From the NCBI GenBank assembly GCA_963662615.2, contig CAXXSR010000002.1, positions 512,001 through 576,000 on the forward strand: a DNA stretch of 64,000 nucleotides. Reading direction: 5' to 3'. Source of the DNA: Dehalococcoidia bacterium (GTDB taxonomy: Bacteria > Chloroflexota > Dehalococcoidia > Bin125). The translations under genes were made by a program, and so were the position numbers. Below are positions 58,270-64,000 of the stretch, in pieces (the stretch's first letter is position 1; every line of letters starts with the position of its first letter). The notes under the pieces are model-generated. The model was not told the origin of the DNA. It saw only the letters and a program-made list of their open reading frames with translations, and ran no database searches.

Positions 58270-58303
58270 CCTAGCGCCACCGCCTAGCGCCACCGCCTAG
58301 CGC
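58270..58303. repeat. 13-bp tandem repeat (2.6 copies) containing CTAG
   Basis: CCTAGCGCCACCG CCTAGCGCCACCG CCTAGCGC. Confidence 0.9.
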
Positions 58304-58392
58304 GACGGACCTGCGCAACCGCCCCGCGCAACGGAATCGCCGGCCTCACGCACCTCATCGCGACGCTCGCGTCGTCCGCCCGTACCCCCGCT

Positions 58393-58418
58393 CTCTTAGG
58401 CGCCACTCTTAGACGCCG
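58393..58418. repeat. 13-bp tandem duplication at the fbp stop (TTAG)
   Basis: CTCTTAGGCGCCA / CTCTTAGACGCCG. Confidence 0.7.
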
Positions 58419-59443
58419 CCCCCGGCGATCGTCGCCTCCGCCTGGCGCACTGCATCGGCGTTGCCAACGATTAGAGGCGTCCGCTGGTGCAGCGTCGTCG
58501 GCGCGACGTCCAGGATGCGCTGCCTGCCGGTGCTGGCCGCGCCCCCGGCCCGCTCCGCCACGAAGGCGAGGGGGTTCGCCTCGTAGCTCAACCGCAGCTT
58601 CCCGGACGGGCTCTCGCGCTCGCCCGGGTAGAGGAAGATGCCGCCTTTGAGCAGGTTGCGGTGGAAGTCCGCAACCAGCGATCCCACGTAGCGCAAGCTG
58701 TACCGCTCGCGCAGACCGATCACCGCGTTCTGCATCCCCGCCTCCCAGCGGTCGAAGTAGTGTTCGTTGACGCTGTAGTACGGAGCTGCGTCGGGAATGC
58801 GGACGTCCGGATGCGTGAGGATGAGCTGCCCCGATTCCGGGTGCAGCGTGAAGCCGTCGACACCGTCGCGCGTGGCGACCACCAGCACCGTGCTGGAGCC
58901 GTAGAGGACGTAGACGGCGGCCACCTGCTCGCGGCCGGGACGCAACAGCGTCTCCGGGGTCACGGCGCCGCCGTCACGGCGACGGTGGATGCCGAAGATG
59001 GAGCCAATGGTCACCGCCACGTCGATGTTGCTCGACCCGTCGACGGGGTCGAAGACGGCCAGGAAGGGGAAGGAGGTGTCGTCACTGATCTTGACCATCT
59101 CCTCCAACTCTTCGCAGGCCAGGGCGGCGACGACGCCGCTGTCGCGCAGCGCGCTGACGAAGATCTCCGTGCCCAAGGTGTCGAGATGCTGGACCACTTC
59201 GCCCTGCACGTTGATCGCCCCGTCGCTTCCCAGCACGTCAGCCAGCGACGCTAGGCGTACGGACCGCTCCAGCTTCACCGCCCCCTGGGCGATCGCCGCG
59301 ATGACCGTGTCCAGCCCCGCATGCTCGGGCGCCGAGGCGGCGATCCTGCCTAAGCACGCCGCCAGCGGCGGCGCGACCGTCGCCGTTGCGCCTCTGGCAC
59401 GCCCCAACGGTGGGGAGGGAGGGTGGCCGGCTTCCGCTGGCAT
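58409..59443 (-). CDS. fbp: Fructose-1,6-bisphosphatase class 1
   Basis: NVQGEVVQHLD, FDPVDGSSNID, RYVGSLVADFHRNL, GKLRLSYEANP. Confidence 0.95.
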   Translation of the reverse strand: MPAEAGHPPSPPLGRARGATATVAPPLAACLGRIAASAPEHAGLDTVIAAIAQGAVKLERSVRLASLADVLGSDGAINVQGEVVQHLDTLGTEIFVSALRDSGVVAALACEELEEMVKISDDTSFPFLAVFDPVDGSSNIDVAVTIGSIFGIHRRRDGGAVTPETLLRPGREQVAAVYVLYGSSTVLVVATRDGVDGFTLHPESGQLILTHPDVRIPDAAPYYSVNEHYFDRWEAGMQNAVIGLRERYSLRYVGSLVADFHRNLLKGGIFLYPGERESPSGKLRLSYEANPLAFVAERAGGAASTGRQRILDVAPTTLHQRTPLIVGNADAVRQAEATIAGGGV

Positions 59444-59674
59444 GGGGACCGCCTCTTCGCCCGCGCTCGCAGCGCCGGCGGCGCCGTGCCGTCGGCGGCT
59501 CCTGGCCCGGAGCCCGAGCGCCGTTCGACGCGGATCTCGCCGGGAGGACGGGAGCGCGCCAACGGCGGCCGCGCGAGAGCAGGACGATGCTCGCACCAGC
59601 GCCCAGGCAGGTCAAGCCATCGGCACGATCCGATGGCGCCGGCCCGGCCGGCCCCGTGCGGCTCTCTGCTCCGC

Positions 59675-59702
59675 CGCGCTAGAACACTCGCGCTAGAACA
59701 CT
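59675..59702. repeat. Exact 14-bp tandem duplication containing CTAG
   Basis: CGCGCTAGAACACT x2. Confidence 0.92.
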
Positions 59703-59833
59703 AAGGTGGAGGGGCCCTACCATGTCCCCGAGCGTCGGGTGGCGCGCGGCGCAGCGCTCGGGCCGAGATTCTGCGTCCGGCGGTCGTTTGTCGGGCGGTC
59801 TCCGCAACAGGAGGCTCGCTCCCGGAGTTCCCG

Positions 59834-61237
59834 GTGGACCAGCTCATGCATTACCGCGCGGCCGTTGATTACCTCTTAGAATTCGCCGACTTCGAACGCG
59901 CGTCCGCCCGCCGCCGCCAAGCCGGCGCCTTCGCTCTGGACCGGATCCACTCCCTCCTCCGCCGCCTGGACCGGCCCCAGGACGGGCGCATCACCGTGCA
60001 CGTCGCGGGCTCCAAGGGCAAGGGGTCCACCGCGGCCATGATTGAGGCCATCCTGCGGGCGGCCGGCTTCCGCACCGGCCTCTTCACCAGCCCCCACCTG
60101 CACGAGTTCACCGAGCGCATCCGCCTTGACGGCCAGCCGTTGAGCCCGGAGGCCTTCGCGGAGCTCGCGCAGGCGCTGCGCCCCACCATTGAGCAGGAGC
60201 TGGCGGAAAAGCCCGGGCGTCTCAGCACGTTCGAGATCCTCACGGCCATGGGCTTCATGGCCTTCCGCGACGCCGACGTCGACGTGCAAGTGGTGGAGGT
60301 GGGATTGGGCGGCCGTTTGGACAGTACCAACGTCTTCTCCGAGACGGCTGTCGCTGCTATTACCGCGCTTTCGCACGAGCACACCGACATTCTGGGCTCC
60401 AGCCTCGCCAAGATCGCGGCGGAGAAGGCCGGCATCATCACCGCCGCCACGCAGACGGCCGTGCTCGCTCCCCAGCGCTCGGCCGTTGCCGCCGCCGCGG
60501 TCGTCAAATACGCCGCCGACGTCCCTGTCCCCCTCATCGACGTCGCGCGGCGCTATCACTGGGAGGGAGCCGGACTCGAGTTGGCGCAGCCGCGCCGGCA
60601 GCAGTGGTTCCGCCTCACGCGCTCGGCGCCGCGCGCGGATGAGGCGGAGCGGTCGCTGTATCTGACGCCCCTGCTCGGCCAGCACCAGATCGAAAACGCC
60701 GCCACCGCCATCGCGACGGTGGAAGCGCTGCAGGCTCAGGGACTGGCGGTCCCCGCCGGCGCCATCCATCACGGCTTGGCCACGGTGGACTGGCCGGCCC
60801 GTCTGGAGGTGCTCTCTCGCCAGCCCTGGATCGTCATTGACGGCGCCCACAACGAAGAATCGTTGGAGCGGGTGCTGGAATCCCTGCCCACCTCCTTCGA
60901 CTATGAACGGCTGATCGTGGTCCTGGGCGTCCTGGGCGACAAAAACCTCGATGCCATGGTGGCCCGCATCACCGGTCGCGCCGCGGCCCTCGTCGTGACG
61001 CGGCCCGATCATCCCCGCGCACGCAGCGCCGAGTCCGTCGCGGCGGCCTGCCGCGGCTGGGACGGTCCCCTCATCGTCGAGCCCGCCGTGGACGACGCCC
61101 TCAAGGCGGCCGTGCAACTCGCCGCCCCCTCCGACCTCATCTGCGTGCTCGGGTCGCTCTTCGTGGCGGCGGAGGCGCGGGCGCGAATTCAGCGGCAGGT
61201 GGGCGCCGCGCCCACCTCCGCCTCGGCGGACCGCTGA
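59834..61237 (+). CDS. folC: Folylpolyglutamate synthase/dihydrofolate synthase
   Basis: HVAGSKGKGST, FTSPHL, EVGLGGRLDSTN, DGAHN. Confidence 0.95.
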   Translation: MDQLMHYRAAVDYLLEFADFERASARRRQAGAFALDRIHSLLRRLDRPQDGRITVHVAGSKGKGSTAAMIEAILRAAGFRTGLFTSPHLHEFTERIRLDGQPLSPEAFAELAQALRPTIEQELAEKPGRLSTFEILTAMGFMAFRDADVDVQVVEVGLGGRLDSTNVFSETAVAAITALSHEHTDILGSSLAKIAAEKAGIITAATQTAVLAPQRSAVAAAAVVKYAADVPVPLIDVARRYHWEGAGLELAQPRRQQWFRLTRSAPRADEAERSLYLTPLLGQHQIENAATAIATVEALQAQGLAVPAGAIHHGLATVDWPARLEVLSRQPWIVIDGAHNEESLERVLESLPTSFDYERLIVVLGVLGDKNLDAMVARITGRAAALVVTRPDHPRARSAESVAAACRGWDGPLIVEPAVDDALKAAVQLAAPSDLICVLGSLFVAAEARARIQRQVGAAPTSASADR

Positions 61238-61240
61238 GCC

Positions 61241-62497
61241 ATGGGCCGCCAGCGTGGCCGTGTCGTCGTCACCGGGTTGGGCGCCGCAACGCCGCTGGGC
61301 ATGGGCGTGGAGCGGTTCTGGGAACGCTGCTTGCGCGGCGAGAGCGGCATCGCGCCCATCCAGAGCTTCGATGCCAGCGCCTTCCCCTGCACGGTCGGCG
61401 GTGAGGTGTCCGATTTCACGCCCACCGACTACATGGACCGCAAGGCCGCCCGCCGCATGGCCCGCTTCTCCCAGCTCGCCGTCGCCGCCGCCGCTGAGGC
61501 CCTTGGCGACGCCGCGCTGGATCTGGACGCCGAGGATCGTGAACGCATTGGGGTGATCCTGGGCAACGGCAACGGCGGCTTCCCTGAGGTGGCGGCGGCG
61601 GCGGCTGTCCTGCTGGAGAAGGGCGGCATGCGCATTGAGCCGCTCTTCATCCCCCGCATCCTGCCCAACATGGCGGCCGCCAACGTGGCCATGCGCTTCG
61701 CCCTGCTGGGCTACAACAACACGGTGGTGACCGCCTGCGCCGCGGGCACGCAGGCCATTGGTGACGCGGCGGAGGTGATCCGGCGCGGCGCCGCCGATGT
61801 CGTCGTCGCCGGCGGGACGGAGGCCGGCTTCAGCGCGCTGGGCCTGGGCGGCTTTGCCGTCATGCGCGCGCTCGCCACCCGCAACGACGAGCCCCACAAG
61901 GCCAGCCGCCCCTTCGACGCCCTCCGCGACGGCTTTGTGCCGGCCGAGGGCGCCGCCGTGCTGATCCTGGAAGCGGAGCAGCACGCGCGCTCCCGCGGGG
62001 CCCACGTCCGCGCGGAAGTGGCCGGCTTCGGCTGTAGCGCCGACGGACATCACCTCGTCAAGCCGGACGAGGATGGCGCCGGGCCGCTCCGTGCCATCCG
62101 CTGGGCCCTGGAGAGCGCCGGCGTGGCCGCGGACGAGGTCGATTACATCAACGCCCACGGGACCGCCACGCCGCTCAATGACGTCTCCGAGACCCGCGCG
62201 ATCAAGGCGGCGCTGGGCGAGGCCGCCTACAAAGTCCCCATTAGTTCCACGAAGTCCATGATCGGGCACGCCCTCGGCGCCGCCGGGGCGATTGAATCGG
62301 TGGCCGCCGTTCGCACGATCGAGGACGGGATCATCCATCCGACCGTGAACTTGGACACGCCCGATCCCGAGTGTGATCTGGACTACGTTGCCAACCATGC
62401 CCGTCGCGCGGACGTGCGCGTGGTCCTGAAGAATTCGTTCGGCTTCGGCGGCCAGAACGCCTGCCTCGTCTTCCGGCGCTACGAGGGGACGGCGTAA
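61241..62497 (+). CDS. fabF: Beta-ketoacyl-ACP synthase II
   Basis: VVVTGLG, TACAAG, YINAHGT, STKSMIGH, NSFGFGGQN. Confidence 0.95.
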   Translation: MGRQRGRVVVTGLGAATPLGMGVERFWERCLRGESGIAPIQSFDASAFPCTVGGEVSDFTPTDYMDRKAARRMARFSQLAVAAAAEALGDAALDLDAEDRERIGVILGNGNGGFPEVAAAAAVLLEKGGMRIEPLFIPRILPNMAAANVAMRFALLGYNNTVVTACAAGTQAIGDAAEVIRRGAADVVVAGGTEAGFSALGLGGFAVMRALATRNDEPHKASRPFDALRDGFVPAEGAAVLILEAEQHARSRGAHVRAEVAGFGCSADGHHLVKPDEDGAGPLRAIRWALESAGVAADEVDYINAHGTATPLNDVSETRAIKAALGEAAYKVPISSTKSMIGHALGAAGAIESVAAVRTIEDGIIHPTVNLDTPDPECDLDYVANHARRADVRVVLKNSFGFGGQNACLVFRRYEGTA

Positions 62498-62602
62498 ATC
62501 GGCGGGCCCAGGCGCGTAAGCGACAACGCCGCCCCGGAGAGACGGGGGGCAGGACGGCGGCGGCGCTCGCGCGGCGGGCCGCTCGGCCCGGGCCGCACCC
62601 CG

Positions 62603-62860
62603 CTAGGCGGCGGTGTGGACCAACTGCAGATCCGGCGGCAGCATGTCGTGCAGGATGCGTTGCATGGCCATGGAATGGCTGCAGGTGGCGTAGTCCGCGA
62701 AAAAGAGGCAGTCGCAGTGCCAGGCGCCATCGGCGAGCGTCACCGTATGCTCGTCGTTGTCGCCCCGCACCCGGCACGTCAGCTGCGAGAGCTTGACGCG
62801 GTCAGGCTCCTGGGCGTAAGTCCGAGCCTTCTCGATCTTGCCGATCAGACTGCTCTTCAT
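62603..62860 (-). CDS. Small SWIM zinc-finger-like protein
   Basis: WHCDCLFF...TCSHSMA (CxC-x8-CxH); N-terminus SSLIGKIEKARTYAQE. Confidence 0.8.
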   Translation of the reverse strand: MKSSLIGKIEKARTYAQEPDRVKLSQLTCRVRGDNDEHTVTLADGAWHCDCLFFADYATCSHSMAMQRILHDMLPPDLQLVHTAA

Positions 62861-62931
62861 GCGGATCTCCACTCTCCATGAAGGCCGCTCAGGCCCCGTG
62901 AGACGGCGAAGCGCAGGTGGCGGCCGCCAGC

Positions 62932-63591
62932 CTAGCCTAGCGGATCGGACGGCCGCCTCAAGGCCGTTATCGTCACCGATTCATAGCGGCTCGCCCCCGG
63001 CTCCAAGTAGCTCCGGATGAGGCGCAAGGCGGTGACGGGGTAGGGGAGCGGCGGCGGGCCGGCGACCCGTTCCACGGCGGCGCGCAAGGCCTCCCGGTCC
63101 TGGGCTGTGGCGCGCTCCGGCAGGCGCGCCAGCGTCAGGTGAGCGGCGAGCGGCCGGCGGTCCCCCTCCCGTCTGTCTAGGGGGAGCCCGTGTCCCTGCA
63201 ACGCTTGGTCCAGCCGCCCGGCACAGGCCCTTACCTCTTCCACCGCTCCCCCCAGGCCGGCCCAGAGGACACGTGGGCGCCGCTGCGTGAAGATCCCGAA
63301 GCCGCCGAGCTGGAGCAGGTGCGGCGGGGTCGCCACCGCCGTTTCCTCCATGGCTTCCTCAATCCTCGCCTGCAGCCGGAGCGGCGTGTCTCCAAGAAAC
63401 TTAAGGGTGAGATGGATCTTGTCGGGCCGCACCCAGCGCAGCCGCGGGACGTGCGCCGCCTCGAATGCCGCCCGCGCTGCCGCCATGGCGTCGATCACGT
63501 CCGGCGGCGGCACCACGGCGATGAAGAGGCGCGCGCGCGCACCGCTGTCCGCATCGATGGGGCCGTCCGCGTCGATGGGGCCGGGCGCCAC
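62932..63591 (-). CDS. thpR: RNA 2',3'-cyclic phosphodiesterase (2H phosphoesterase)
   Basis: RLFIAV, two HxT motifs (IHLTLKFLG, AHLTLAR), PRVLWAG. Confidence 0.92.
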   Translation of the reverse strand: MAPGPIDADGPIDADSGARARLFIAVVPPPDVIDAMAAARAAFEAAHVPRLRWVRPDKIHLTLKFLGDTPLRLQARIEEAMEETAVATPPHLLQLGGFGIFTQRRPRVLWAGLGGAVEEVRACAGRLDQALQGHGLPLDRREGDRRPLAAHLTLARLPERATAQDREALRAAVERVAGPPPLPYPVTALRLIRSYLEPGASRYESVTITALRRPSDPLG

Positions 63592-63593
63592 CG

Positions 63594-64000
63594 CTAGCGC
63601 CCGAACAGGCGCGCGGCGTTGCCGCCCAAGATGGCGCGCTCGTCCTCGGCCGGCAGCCCCAGCGAGCGGATGTGCGCGATCTCCGCTGTGGGGTCGCGCA
63701 GCGGGTAGTCGCTGCCGAAGAGGATCTTCTCCGCCCCCACCAGACCGGCCACGATGCCGAAGATCGCGTCGTCGTAGAGCAGCCGCGTCGCCGCCGTGTC
63801 CACGTAGGCGCGCTCCAGGTCCGCGCGCACCTCCGGCATCGTCGCGAACAGCGGCAGCCCGCCGCCCCAATGCGCGCCAATGACCGTCGCCTCCGGCTGC
63901 TCCCTGATGAACTGGGCGAAGTCGGCCAGAGGCAAGCCCTCCTTGCCGGGATAGCCGTGCCCCACCGGCTCCGAGACGTGGAAGAGGAGGGGGAGACCGA
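63594..64000 (-). CDS. Amidohydrolase family protein (5' end outside the window)
   Basis: FHVSEPVGH.YPGK, AHWGGG, KILFGSDYP, ILGGNA. Confidence 0.88.
   Translation of the reverse strand, partial: GLPLLFHVSEPVGHGYPGKEGLPLADFAQFIREQPEATVIGAHWGGGLPLFATMPEVRADLERAYVDTAATRLLYDDAIFGIVAGLVGAEKILFGSDYPLRDPTAEIAHIRSLGLPAEDERAILGGNAARLFGR

Overview
GC-rich bacterial chromosome segment, most likely Chloroflexota class Dehalococcoidia (SAR202/Tepidiformia-like), judged from the rpoB/rpoC insertions, the GroEL C-terminus ending PMDY, and the LLM/SDR/DUF1800-DUF1501 content. The first 13 kb is accessory-like: cupin, OmpR-family two-component pair, PPOX-like protein, LLM oxidoreductase, small ORFs, GYD protein, SDR, tRNA-Thr(CGT), and a DUF1800-DUF1501-NHL-MNT-HEPN operon. 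The rest is mostly core genes: lipA, a GlnR-like regulator with two glutamine synthetases, nuoABCDHJKLMN (no nuoEFG, no nuoI), valS, secA, prs, rpoBC, groESL with CIRCE, tsaD, moaAC, rdgB, class I aldolase, class 1 FBPase, folC, fabF, thpR. Main hidden signals: (1) a 483-bp transposase-less element (17-bp terminal inverted repeats, 9-bp target duplication) carrying a 54-aa ORF, inserted at the predicted rpoB -35 box; (2) eight 13-17 bp tandem micro-duplications containing CTAG or its C-to-T derivatives, five at stop codons; (3) a signal-peptide-less DUF1800/DUF1501/NHL unit followed by an apparently inactive MNT-HEPN pair; (4) complex I operon without NuoI and with a repeat-helix NuoC tail; (5) an actinobacterial-type GlnR box at glnA. 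All calls were made by eye from motifs; no database searches were run.
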